Shown: positions 1-7,908 of the stretch, piece by piece
Layout: each line of letters begins with the position of its first letter
Position numbering within the stretch: the stretch's first letter is position 1
From: Candidatus Electronema halotolerans
GTDB taxonomy: Bacteria; Desulfobacterota; Desulfobulbia; Desulfobulbales; Desulfobulbaceae
Direction: 5' to 3'
Length of the DNA stretch: 32,000 nt
Assembly: GCA_942493095.1 (NCBI GenBank)
Contig: OW818675.1
Coordinates: 1,140,001-1,172,000, forward strand
Made by a program: the position numbers and the translations under genes
The notes under the pieces: model-generated
Databases searched by the model: none
Told to the model about the DNA's origin: nothing
Seen by the model: the letters and a program-made list of their open reading frames with translations, nothing else

Positions 1-3000
1 AGTGCGCGAGCCGACAGGCCTGCTCATCAAGCTGCTGATAGGTGAGCTGCTCGTCTTTGTGAATGAGGGCCACATTGTCCGGCGATGCCGCAGCCTGCCG
101 CTCGAACAGGTCAAGCAGGGTGCAGTCAGGCGCAGGCCCAGTCTCCGGCGCGCTCCACTGCTCCAGCTGCTCCAGCTCGGCCGCAGTGAGCATGGGCAGC
201 CGACTGACCGACTGACGCGGATCTGCGGCTATGCCTTGCAGCAAAATTTCAAAGCGTTCAGCAATGCGGGCCACTGTCTCTTTTTCAAACAGGTCAGCAG
301 CATACTCCCAGCGGCAGAGGAGCTGATCACCTTTGCCCTCCACGCTTAAAGTCAGATCAAATTTCGCCGCCGAGTTGCCAGTTTCCAAAAAATTGACCTT
401 CAGCTCCGGCAGGGCCAAGTCTGGAACTTCGTTGTTTTGCAGGACAAACATGACCTGAAAGAGCGGGCTGTGACTCATGCTCCTGACAGGCTGCAGCTCC
501 TCCACCAGTATTTCAAAGGGAATGTCCTGATGGGCATAGGCGGAGAGACAGGAGCGGCGGACCGCCCTGAGCAGCTCATTGAAGGACTGCTCAGGTGCTG
601 TTTGGGCGCGCAGCACCAAGGTGTTGACAAAGAAGCCGATCAAATCCTCGGTCTGACTGTGCCGCCGTCCGGCAATCGGGCTGCCCACGCAGATGTCGTT
701 CTGACCGCTGTGCCGGGCCAGCAGGACATTGAAGGCGGCGAGCAGCACCATGAACAGTGTTGAACTTTGCTCCCTGCTTAGGTCGGCAAGGCTTTGGCTC
801 AGTGCCGGCGGCAGCGGACGGATGTGCTGGCCGCCCTGAGAGCTGCGTCTGGAAGGGCGGGGCTTGTCGGTCGGCAGTTCGAGCAGCTCCGGCACTCCGG
901 CCAGCTCCCTGCGCCAGTAATCGACCTGCTGCTCCAGAATCGGACCATGCAGCCAGCTCCGCTGCCAAGCCGCATAGTCAGGGTATTCAATGGTGAGTTC
1001 CGGCAGAGCGGACTCTTTATTTTGGCTGAGGGCGGTGTAGGTCTCCTGCCAGTCCCGGAGAAAAATGGCCATGGACCAGCCGTCGCTGACAACATGGTGC
1101 ATGTTGAGGAGCAATACCGACCGCTGCTCATCCAGCAGCAGACAGGCGGTTCTGAAGACCGGCCCCTGCGCCAGATCAAACTGCGCGGCAGCATGAGCGT
1201 CTGTCTGTCTGATGACTTCCGCCGCCTGCATGTCCTGATTCAGGCTCCGCAGGTCATGCAGCTCCAAGGCAAACATCTCTTCAACCTGTTTGATCGTGGT
1301 GTATGGCCTGCCATCCTGCATGACAAAGCAGGTGCGGAGGCTGGCATGACGCTCCACCATCAAGCGCAGGCTCTGCTCCAGCAGACGCAGGTCGAGCCTG
1401 CCCTGCATTTCCAAGGCAATAGGGATGTTGTAGGCAGGGTTGCTCTGCTCGTCAAACTGATCCAAGAACCAGAGCCGCTGCTGGGCAAAAGAGAGCTGCT
1501 CAAGGTCTTGCGCCGATTTTTTGCTGATCGGCGGCAGGCAGGGCGTTCCTGCGGCCTGCTCAATGGCGGCGGCCAAGTCTTTGAGCTGCGGATTGCTGAA
1601 CACGGCCCGGAGCGGCAGCTCGACCTGAAAGCTTTCCCGGATGCGGGAAACTAACCGCATGGCGAGCAGCGAATTGCCGCCCAGATCAAAAAAATTGTCA
1701 CTGCGGCCCACAGCACCGCATCGCAATAAATCAGCCCACAACTCAGCCAAAAGCTCTTCTTCCGGGCCGAGAGGATGTTCCTCGCTGCTCTTGCTGCTGA
1801 GTTCCGGCTCAGGCAGGGCCTTGCGGTCAATTTTGCCGTTCGGAGTCAGCGGCATGGCCTCCATGAGAATGAATGCCGCCGGAACCATGTAGTCCGGCAG
1901 GGTCTTCTTGATGAAAGCGCGCAGCTCCGCAGGCAGCTGCAGCCTGTCCGCGTCCTCCTGATACGGGGTGTTGGCATAGCTGGGCCAAAGTCTTGGCGCG
2001 GTGCAGTCTTGGGCGGCAAAGCGCGGCAGGGAACCGGAGGGCTGGAAAACCGCAGCATAGGTTGTGCAAGAGCCGCTCAAGACAAGATGGCATCTGTATG
2101 GCGAGCCATGCGCGGCTTGGCGCAGTGCTTCCGGCTCAATGCCTTGCGCAAGGCCCGCTGTCCGCTCCCGCAGATACTGCACAGTGCCCTCTGGCTGCGC
2201 AAAACTGGCGGCCAGCTGCTCCTCAAGGGCGAGGCGGGCATTGGGAATATTTGTCAGAACAATAGGTTGATTCGCATAATTTTCTTGAAGAAGCTGACTT
2301 GTCCGCTCCAGATTAAATTTTTCCTGCTGCCAGTCCAAGGCAAGCGGCGCAGCTTCTTCTTGCGCCTCGTCATCCAAATGCAGGGTCACGTCATAACGGA
2401 ACTTGTTCATTTCGTTTTGAGCAGTTCCGGCCTTAACATGCAGGCGCACCTGTTTGATGCGCGGAGAAATATGTTTCAGCGCGGCAAAAAAATCAGGATC
2501 AATGAGCAGCTCCCGCTCTTTTTGCAGGGACTGCGCTGTCCGCTGTTTCAGCTCGGCAACAGGAAGCGTGTCGTCAGCCTGATGAAACTGCACTGAGGCA
2601 TGAAAGGCTTCAAGAAGCTGAAAATTGCGGACATCGCCGATAAACACCGCTCCGCCGGGCGCAGTGGCGGCGATGGCTTTGGTCAGCACGGTGATCAAAT
2701 ATTGAACTGAAGGAAAATACTGAATAACCGAGTTGATGACCACTGTGTCGGCGGAGCCGGGGGCAATGCTGTCAAGATTGTCAGCCGCGCTTTGGATCAA
2801 GGTGATTTTTGCCGCCGCTTCCCAGTCACTGATCTGCTCTTCAATGGAATGCAGGGCCTTCTGAGAGATGTCAATGCCTGTGTAGTGCTGGCAATTCGGC
2901 GCAATGCGGAAGAGCAGCATGCCGGTGCCGCAGCCAATTTCCAGCACCCGCTTGGGAGCGAGCGACATGATCTGGGCAACAGTTCCATCCAGCCATTCCT

Positions 3001-4642
3001 TCATTTCCGCCGCTGCAATCGGCAGGCCGGTGTAGGAGCTGTTCCAGCCGACAATGTTGAAGCCCCGGCCTGCACCGGCGGCAGATTCGCTGTAAGTTTC
3101 ATCAAAAATCTCCTGCCACTGCTCAATCAACTCTTCAGCACCTTGCTCTTGGTTCTCCTTGCTCTTCTCTTTGATCTGCGCAGTGAAATAGGCGGCCAAC
3201 GACTTGTTGTCTCCAGTGCCGAAGACTTTGACCGCCGCCGCTCCCACCGCAGAATGCCGCTGGAGCGCAGCCTCAATTTCTCCCAGCTCCACACGGAAGC
3301 CGCGTATTTTCACCTGCGTGTCTTCACGGCCAATAAACTCGATATTGCCGTCCGGGAGATAGACACCCAAATCACCGGTTCGGTAGAGCCGCTCGCCAGT
3401 CTGCGGATGGGTGATGAAACTGGCCGCAGTCCGCTCCGCATCCTGCCAGTAGCCCATGGCCACGCCGATGCCGCCGATATAAAGATGACCCGGAACAGAC
3501 GGCGGACAGATATTCATCTGTTCATCAAGAACATCGACGGCCTGATTGCGGAGTGCCCTGCCATAAGGAATGCTTTTCCAGCTTGGATTCACCTCTCCAA
3601 TCTGATAACATATAGACCAAATCGAAGCCTCTGTGGCTCCGCCCAGACTCATCACGCAGGCATTTGGCCATAGCTCCCGGATGCGTTCGGGCAGACTGAG
3701 CGGAATCCAGTCGCCGCTCATCATGACTAAGCGCAGCGAGGCTGGCGCCGCTTCCGGCTGGAAGGCCAAATAATCAGTCAGCAGGCCCATCAGGGCCGGG
3801 ACCGTGTTCCAGAGCGTCACTTGATGCTGCTGCATCAGCTCGACCCAATAGGCCGGATCTTTGTCTGATTCCGGTTCTGGAATAACCACAGCCCCGCCGC
3901 TGCTGAGAATGCCGAAGATGTCATAAACCGAAAGATCAAAACTCAGCGAGGACAGAGCCAGCACCCGATCCTGCTCTGTGACATGGAACCGCTCGTTGAT
4001 GTCCTGAACTGTGTTGACCGCGCCCAGATGGTTGATCATCACGCCTTTGGGCTGTCCGGTGGAGCCGGAGGTGAAAATGACATAAGCCAGTTCGTCTGCG
4101 CTGCAAGGCACGGATGGATTTTCAGCAGATGAGGAGGAAAGATCAATTGCATCAAGACAGACGGCTTGGCAGTCCGGCACTGTCTCGGACAGGGAAAGGC
4201 GGGACAGCAACGGGCTGCGGGTCAGGAGAAAAGCGGCTCCGCTGCTGGCTAATATCTGCCGCACCCGCTCAGGCGGATAATTGGGATCAACAGGGACATA
4301 AGCCTTTCCTGTCTTGAGCGTGGCTAAAACGGCAATGACCATTTCCGGCGAACGCTCCAGCAGGATTGCAGCCAAAGGGCTGTCATGTCTTTCCGCAGAC
4401 GGCTCGGCATCAAGCAGGTGATTGGCGAGCAGATTTGCCTGCCTGTTGACTTCTTGATAGCTGAGGGTGCGGTCAGCAAAAATGAGGGCAATATTCTCTG
4501 GCGTTTCCGCCGCCTGCTGTTCAAACAGCTCAAACAGCACCTGAGAGGGATGTTTTGATGTGTTTTCAGTGATCACAACAGACTGCTTCGCCTTTGGCCT
4601 GTTGATTTTTTCTGATTTGCCAACATTCCTCTTGACACCCAT
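1..4642 (-). CDS. Non-ribosomal peptide synthetase, 5' part: A domain interrupted by a methyltransferase, then PCP, C and the start of a second A domain. The 3' end runs off the window.
   Basis: I translated the minus strand by hand from ATG 4642 (GAGG 6 nt upstream). The frame stays open to position 1, which explains its absence from the complete-ORF track. Motifs read directly: A3 AYVIFTSGSTGQPKGV (about 4043-4090); LVMMSGDWIPL...VMSLGGATEASIWS (about 3615-3727); A8 GREDTQVKIRGFRVELGEIE; SAM-binding VLEIGCGTGML (about 2917-2949); A9 LPDYMVP; A10 NGKIDRKAL; PCP DNFFDLGGNSLLA (about 1650-1700); C-domain HHVVSDGWS (about 1079-1105); then a new A-domain N-terminus (LFERQAAASPDNVALI). Confidence 0.9.
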   Translation of the reverse strand, partial: MGVKRNVGKSEKINRPKAKQSVVITENTSKHPSQVLFELFEQQAAETPENIALIFADRTLSYQEVNRQANLLANHLLDAEPSAERHDSPLAAILLERSPEMVIAVLATLKTGKAYVPVDPNYPPERVRQILASSGAAFLLTRSPLLSRLSLSETVPDCQAVCLDAIDLSSSSAENPSVPCSADELAYVIFTSGSTGQPKGVMINHLGAVNTVQDINERFHVTEQDRVLALSSLSFDLSVYDIFGILSSGGAVVIPEPESDKDPAYWVELMQQHQVTLWNTVPALMGLLTDYLAFQPEAAPASLRLVMMSGDWIPLSLPERIRELWPNACVMSLGGATEASIWSICYQIGEVNPSWKSIPYGRALRNQAVDVLDEQMNICPPSVPGHLYIGGIGVAMGYWQDAERTAASFITHPQTGERLYRTGDLGVYLPDGNIEFIGREDTQVKIRGFRVELGEIEAALQRHSAVGAAAVKVFGTGDNKSLAAYFTAQIKEKSKENQEQGAEELIEQWQEIFDETYSESAAGAGRGFNIVGWNSSYTGLPIAAAEMKEWLDGTVAQIMSLAPKRVLEIGCGTGMLLFRIAPNCQHYTGIDISQKALHSIEEQISDWEAAAKITLIQSAADNLDSIAPGSADTVVINSVIQYFPSVQYLITVLTKAIAATAPGGAVFIGDVRNFQLLEAFHASVQFHQADDTLPVAELKQRTAQSLQKERELLIDPDFFAALKHISPRIKQVRLHVKAGTAQNEMNKFRYDVTLHLDDEAQEEAAPLALDWQQEKFNLERTSQLLQENYANQPIVLTNIPNARLALEEQLAASFAQPEGTVQYLRERTAGLAQGIEPEALRQAAHGSPYRCHLVLSGSCTTYAAVFQPSGSLPRFAAQDCTAPRLWPSYANTPYQEDADRLQLPAELRAFIKKTLPDYMVPAAFILMEAMPLTPNGKIDRKALPEPELSSKSSEEHPLGPEEELLAELWADLLRCGAVGRSDNFFDLGGNSLLAMRLVSRIRESFQVELPLRAVFSNPQLKDLAAAIEQAAGTPCLPPISKKSAQDLEQLSFAQQRLWFLDQFDEQSNPAYNIPIALEMQGRLDLRLLEQSLRLMVERHASLRTCFVMQDGRPYTTIKQVEEMFALELHDLRSLNQDMQAAEVIRQTDAHAAAQFDLAQGPVFRTACLLLDEQRSVLLLNMHHVVSDGWSMAIFLRDWQETYTALSQNKESALPELTIEYPDYAAWQRSWLHGPILEQQVDYWRRELAGVPELLELPTDKPRPSRRSSQGGQHIRPLPPALSQSLADLSREQSSTLFMVLLAAFNVLLARHSGQNDICVGSPIAGRRHSQTEDLIGFFVNTLVLRAQTAPEQSFNELLRAVRRSCLSAYAHQDIPFEILVEELQPVRSMSHSPLFQVMFVLQNNEVPDLALPELKVNFLETGNSAAKFDLTLSVEGKGDQLLCRWEYAADLFEKETVARIAERFEILLQGIAADPRQSVSRLPMLTAAELEQLEQWSAPETGPAPDCTLLDLFERQAAASPDNVALIHKDEQLTYQQLDEQACRLAH

Positions 4643-4659
4643 TGCCGCCTCGTTCAATC

Positions 4660-4684
4660 TGAGAATTGAGAATTGAGAATTGAG
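4660..4684. repeat. Heptanucleotide tandem repeat (TGAGAAT)x3 plus a partial copy, in the 5' leader of the NRPS gene
   Basis: Direct reading gives tgagaat tgagaat tgagaat tgag at 4660-4684. This lies 18-42 nt upstream of the minus-strand NRPS start codon (4642), where it reads ATTCTCA on the minus strand. Confidence 0.9.
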
Positions 4685-4786
4685 CTGAATGCCGCCTTGT
4701 CATAAAGACGGGTATTGTTTTAAAAATTCTGACCCTTTGCATTTGCCAGCCTTTGCAGGCCATGCGAACTTTTCCAGAGAAACTGC

Positions 4787-4815
4787 TTGCAGCAGCTTTC
4801 TGTAGAGAGTATAAT
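4787..4815 (+). promoter_or_regulatory. Sigma70-like promoter candidate for the DUF697 / precursor-peptide transcription unit
   Basis: TTGCAG (4787-4792), 17 nt spacer, TATAAT (4810-4815), about 60 nt upstream of the GTG start at 4877. It sits in the divergent intergenic region between the NRPS gene and the plus-strand genes. Confidence 0.45.
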
Positions 4816-4876
4816 CGATCATATATAGGAATGCAACATTGTTTTTTGCTGATCAATAAACACAAGGGAGGCAGTC

Positions 4877-5440
4877 GTGGTTGAGGAACAGGCCGTTAAC
4901 GTTGAGAAAAACTCTGCGGATTTTAAAGAGCAGGATGACAGGGCGGACAAATGCGTCATGCGCTACACCTATGGCAGCATGGGCATAGGTCTCATGCCCT
5001 TTCCGCTGGTTGATCTGGCCGCTTTGTCCGCCTTGCAGCTGAAAATGCTCCACAGCTTGGCTGATCTGTATGAGGTCAAGTTCATGGACAACTTGGGCAA
5101 GGCTTCCATCAGCAGTCTTGCTGGCGGCTATCTGCCGGTGGCCAGCACATCAGGCTTGGCCGCAAGTCTGGCAAAATTTGTGCCTGGTGTCGGCTCGTTC
5201 ATGGCATACGGAAGCGCGGTGATGCTGAACGGCGCGGCAACATACGCCATCGGCAAAGTTTTTGCCCAGCATTTCGCTTCCGGCGGCACGTTCCTGACCT
5301 TTGATCCAGAGGCGGTTCGTGAGTACTTTGCCAAGCAGTACGAAAAAGGCAAGGAAGTCGTTTCTTCGTTGAAGAACGATAAAGAAAAAACCGCATCAAC
5401 AGCGGCCAGTTCGACTTCAGCAGCGTCTGCGGCAAAATAA
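4877..5440 (+). CDS. DUF697 (YcjF-like) family membrane-associated protein
   Basis: GTG start preceded by AAGGGAGG. The segment YGSMGIGLMPFPLVDLAALSALQLKMLHSLADLYEV...SLAGGYLP...GSAVMLNGAATYAIGKVF resembles the hydrophobic Gly/Ala-rich DUF697 core as I remember it. The C-terminal tail is Ser/Ala-rich. Confidence 0.5.
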   Translation: MVEEQAVNVEKNSADFKEQDDRADKCVMRYTYGSMGIGLMPFPLVDLAALSALQLKMLHSLADLYEVKFMDNLGKASISSLAGGYLPVASTSGLAASLAKFVPGVGSFMAYGSAVMLNGAATYAIGKVFAQHFASGGTFLTFDPEAVREYFAKQYEKGKEVVSSLKNDKEKTASTAASSTSAASAAK

Positions 5441-5470
5441 CGCGGCAAAAATCAAAACAACGGACAAGAC

Positions 5471-5674
5471 ATGAAGAAAATGCACGAAAACACTGCCGCG
5501 AAAAACACGGCAGGAAAAAAGGGTCTGCCGGTCAAAAGCAATGTCAAGGCTGGGGACTTCTGGGACAGCCTGCGGTCAATGTCTTCATCCACCTACAACA
5601 CCTTGACTGGAGCGTTGAACGGTGGCTCGTCAGACACTTCCAGTGCTGCCGCGTCCGGAGCATCTGGCAAATAG
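5471..5674 (+). CDS. Small peptide P1 (67 aa), candidate RiPP precursor
   Basis: MKKMHENTAAKNTAGKKGLPVKSNVKAGDFWDSLRSMSSSTYNTLTGALNGGSSDTSSAAASGASGK. It is a paralogue of P2 and P3, with a basic N-terminus, the conserved LPVKSNVKAGDFWD block, an internal GG and a Ser/Ala/Gly-rich tail. Confidence 0.6.
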   Translation: MKKMHENTAAKNTAGKKGLPVKSNVKAGDFWDSLRSMSSSTYNTLTGALNGGSSDTSSAAASGASGK

Positions 5675-5766
5675 CAAGTGTTTTTTACAGCAGCAGCAGA
5701 GTGATCTGAGCTTGACAAAGGATGCTTTGCTGTATCTGCAAATCTCTATTTTTTCAGGAGGACAGC

Positions 5767-5973
5767 ATGAAGAAGATGCAAGCAAAAGGTGCGGCCCGCA
5801 AAGGCGGACTGCCAGTCCGGTCAAACATCAAGGCAGGTGATTTCTGGGATGACATGCGGTCAATGTATTCATCGGCGTACAATAAAGTGGCTGGCCTGAT
5901 GGGCGGAGGTTCATCTGCTTCTGCCGACACAGGCGCAGGCGCAGCCGCTTCCGGCACTCCTGCTGGCAGCTGA
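5767..5973 (+). CDS. Small peptide P2 (68 aa), candidate RiPP precursor
   Basis: ATG at 5767 is preceded by AGGAGG; the track ORF start at 5722 is probably an over-extension. MKKMQAKGAARKGGLPVRSNIKAGDFWDDMRSMYSSAYNKVAGLMGGGSSASADTGAGAAASGTPAGS aligns with P1 along its whole length. Confidence 0.65.
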   Translation: MKKMQAKGAARKGGLPVRSNIKAGDFWDDMRSMYSSAYNKVAGLMGGGSSASADTGAGAAASGTPAGS

Positions 5974-5984
5974 TAAACTGTTTT

Positions 5985-6011
5985 GACAGCAGGTGGTTTC
6001 CGCCTGCTGTC
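5985..6011 (+). terminator. Hairpin after P2 (possible partial terminator or attenuator between precursor genes)
   Basis: gacagcagg (5985-5993) pairs with cctgctgtc (6003-6011) across a 9-nt loop and is followed by AGTTT. The 9-bp stem is perfect but the U-tract is weak. Confidence 0.35.
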
Positions 6012-6054
6012 AGTTTAGCAACTCAATTTCACTTCAATTCCACGGAGGAAAAGC

Positions 6055-6165
6055 ATGAAGAAGGCAGCTAAGGCTCAGAAACCCGTGCAGGACAAAAAGG
6101 TCATGAAAAAAAATGCCTTGATTGTCAAATCAAATGTCAAGGCCGGACGTATCAGGTGGTCATAG
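6055..6165 (+). CDS. Small peptide P3 (36 aa), third and truncated paralogue of P1/P2; not in the ORF track
   Basis: ATG 6055 is preceded by GGAGG (cacGGAGGaaaagcATG). Translation: MKKAAKAQKPVQDKKVMKKNALIVKSNVKAGRIRWS, stop TAG at 6163-6165. It shares the IVKSNVKAG block with P1/P2 and ends 5 residues after it. Confidence 0.55.
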   Translation: MKKAAKAQKPVQDKKVMKKNALIVKSNVKAGRIRWS

Positions 6166-6172
6166 ACACCCC

Positions 6173-6250
6173 CTCCGCCCTAACAGGCGGAGATGCAGTG
6201 TAGAAAAGGAAAGAGAAGTTTTTCTTGTCCCGCTGTTTGCAGCGGGACAA
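6173..6250 (+). promoter_or_regulatory. Two GC-rich hairpins between P3 and the radical SAM gene
   Basis: ctccgcc/ggcggag (6173-6192; 7-bp stem, 6-nt loop) and ttgtcccgctg/cagcgggacaa (6225-6250; 11-bp perfect stem, 4-nt loop). Neither has a clean U-tract. They could act as processing, stability or attenuation elements. Confidence 0.3.
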
Positions 6251-6293
6251 TAGCCCGCTAAAAAAGTCTTTGCAATAAAAAAGATACAAGAGG

Positions 6294-7883
6294 ATGATTA
6301 TGTCTGATGTTATTTATGTCAATTGGGCTAATGAATGTGAATCTAATCATGATGCTTTAGATTTATGTGATTCTACTTGGTACAATAATGATATTGATAG
6401 ATTATTAGAATTGCTAAGTGCAAATGTAGGTGCTGAAACAGAGATATATTTTGGCCCAGAATTTCACAGGGACATTGAAAAACTTGAAAAAGCTGTCTCT
6501 TGGTGCAATGAAAGGAAAAAAATTCCGGCTCTCTTTACATACGGTTTATGGTTTTATGATGATGAACTGTGTGCGCGCACTATCGAGCAAATAAAAAAGA
6601 ATGGTAATTTTAGAATAATAGTTTTGATAGATCGAGATCACGAGCGTTTTTTTTCAGCAAAAAATCTGTCAAATTTTATATGTGAAGCTAAGAAAAAAAA
6701 TATCACTCCAGAAGTGATGTATGTAGCTGATGATGCATCTTTTCCTGTGTATATTTATGAATCAGAGGAAGTCAAAAAAATGATGTCTGTGTATTTCAAC
6801 CGTGCAAGTTCTGGAAGAAAATTTCTTGATAATTTTGCACGAATTGAATCTAAAAGTAAAAATGTAACGAAGCATGATGAGAATATTTCTTCCTCAGATG
6901 CTGCTTCGGAGATAAATTCTGCCAGAAAAAATAATAATATTTACTTTAACAATATTGTTCTTGAGATAACTTACCTTTGCAATTCACAATGTGATCACTG
7001 CTACACAAGTTGTGGTCCTCAAGCTGATCGCACATTAATGCCGCTTGATAAAATTGAACGCACGTTGCTGGAAGCAGCATCCATAGACAGTATAAATAAA
7101 CGATTGCATGTTGCTGGAGGGGAACCAACTCTCTTTTGGAAAGAGATGGAAACTATCCTGTGCGTAGCTCGTGATCTTGGATATAAAAATTCTATTGTTA
7201 CTAACGGTTTTTGGGGGAAAGACCGAGAAAAAGCTAAGAAACTTGTAAAACGGTTAAAAGAGGCCGGGGTAATTGAAATTGAATTAAGTATAGATGCAAT
7301 GCATCAGCAATACACAGGTAATAAATCAATTCATCATATATTAGAGGCTGTCGAAATGTATGGTGGAATAGATATGATACTTAGCTTATGCACTGCTCGA
7401 CATGATAATACTTCAGAAATTCTGCGGCAAATCGACTGCGCACTGTTGAACAATGTCAATATAACTACAAGACAAGTTGTTTCTGTAGGCCGTGCAAAAC
7501 AAACTTTTTCGGAGAGTGATCTTTACTTGGAAGAAGGGATACCGACCGGTTCATGTAACCAATGGCTAAACTTAACAATTACCCCAAATGGAGATGTCTA
7601 TCCTTGTTGTGGAGGAAGTGAATTATGTCCATCTTTACGAATGGGCAATTGTTTTTCTGATAATTTACAGTTTGTATTAGAACAAAGTAAATTTAATTAT
7701 ATGTTACGTGTACTGATCCATGCAGGGCCAGCATATTTTGCAAACATGCTGTTGGATAATGGTTATGGGCATTTGTTACGTCCAACCTATGGAAATTTCT
7801 GCCACCTGTGCAATGATATTTTTTCTGATGAAGAAAAAATGCATATAGTGCAAAAATTATTTAGCAAAAGATTTGACAAATAA
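6294..7883 (+). CDS. Radical SAM / SPASM-domain enzyme with an uncharacterised N-terminal extension of about 215 aa
   Basis: CX3CX2C motif CNSQCDHC at 6978-7001 (Cys229). GGEP-type motif HVAGGEPTLF. The C-terminal Cys-rich auxiliary-cluster region (GSCNQW...NGDVYPCCGGSELC...GNC...FCHLCNDIF, about 7549-7825) is typical of SPASM/twitch domains. An alternative start is ATG 6300, with AAGAGGA 5 nt upstream. The gene is strongly AT-rich. Confidence 0.85.
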   Translation: MIMSDVIYVNWANECESNHDALDLCDSTWYNNDIDRLLELLSANVGAETEIYFGPEFHRDIEKLEKAVSWCNERKKIPALFTYGLWFYDDELCARTIEQIKKNGNFRIIVLIDRDHERFFSAKNLSNFICEAKKKNITPEVMYVADDASFPVYIYESEEVKKMMSVYFNRASSGRKFLDNFARIESKSKNVTKHDENISSSDAASEINSARKNNNIYFNNIVLEITYLCNSQCDHCYTSCGPQADRTLMPLDKIERTLLEAASIDSINKRLHVAGGEPTLFWKEMETILCVARDLGYKNSIVTNGFWGKDREKAKKLVKRLKEAGVIEIELSIDAMHQQYTGNKSIHHILEAVEMYGGIDMILSLCTARHDNTSEILRQIDCALLNNVNITTRQVVSVGRAKQTFSESDLYLEEGIPTGSCNQWLNLTITPNGDVYPCCGGSELCPSLRMGNCFSDNLQFVLEQSKFNYMLRVLIHAGPAYFANMLLDNGYGHLLRPTYGNFCHLCNDIFSDEEKMHIVQKLFSKRFDK

Positions 7884-7908
7884 CATATTTTTGTGCAATA
7901 ATCATATT

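Noticed and set aside
794-3673. Long plus-strand ORFs (794-1654, 1775-2596, 2792-3673) listed in the ORF track
   Set aside because: They are antisense shadows of the minus-strand NRPS gene. Their translations are Arg/Ala/Gly-rich with no motifs, while the opposite strand reads canonical NRPS core motifs continuously.
5722-5766. Upstream non-ATG start for P2; similarly TTG 7873 for the SBP-like gene and ATG 27796 for leuA
   Set aside because: In each case a downstream ATG has a better-placed Shine-Dalgarno sequence (AGGAGG before 5767, GAGGAG before 27808) or avoids overlap with the preceding gene (7909). Alignment of the P1 and P2 paralogues supports the MKKM start.
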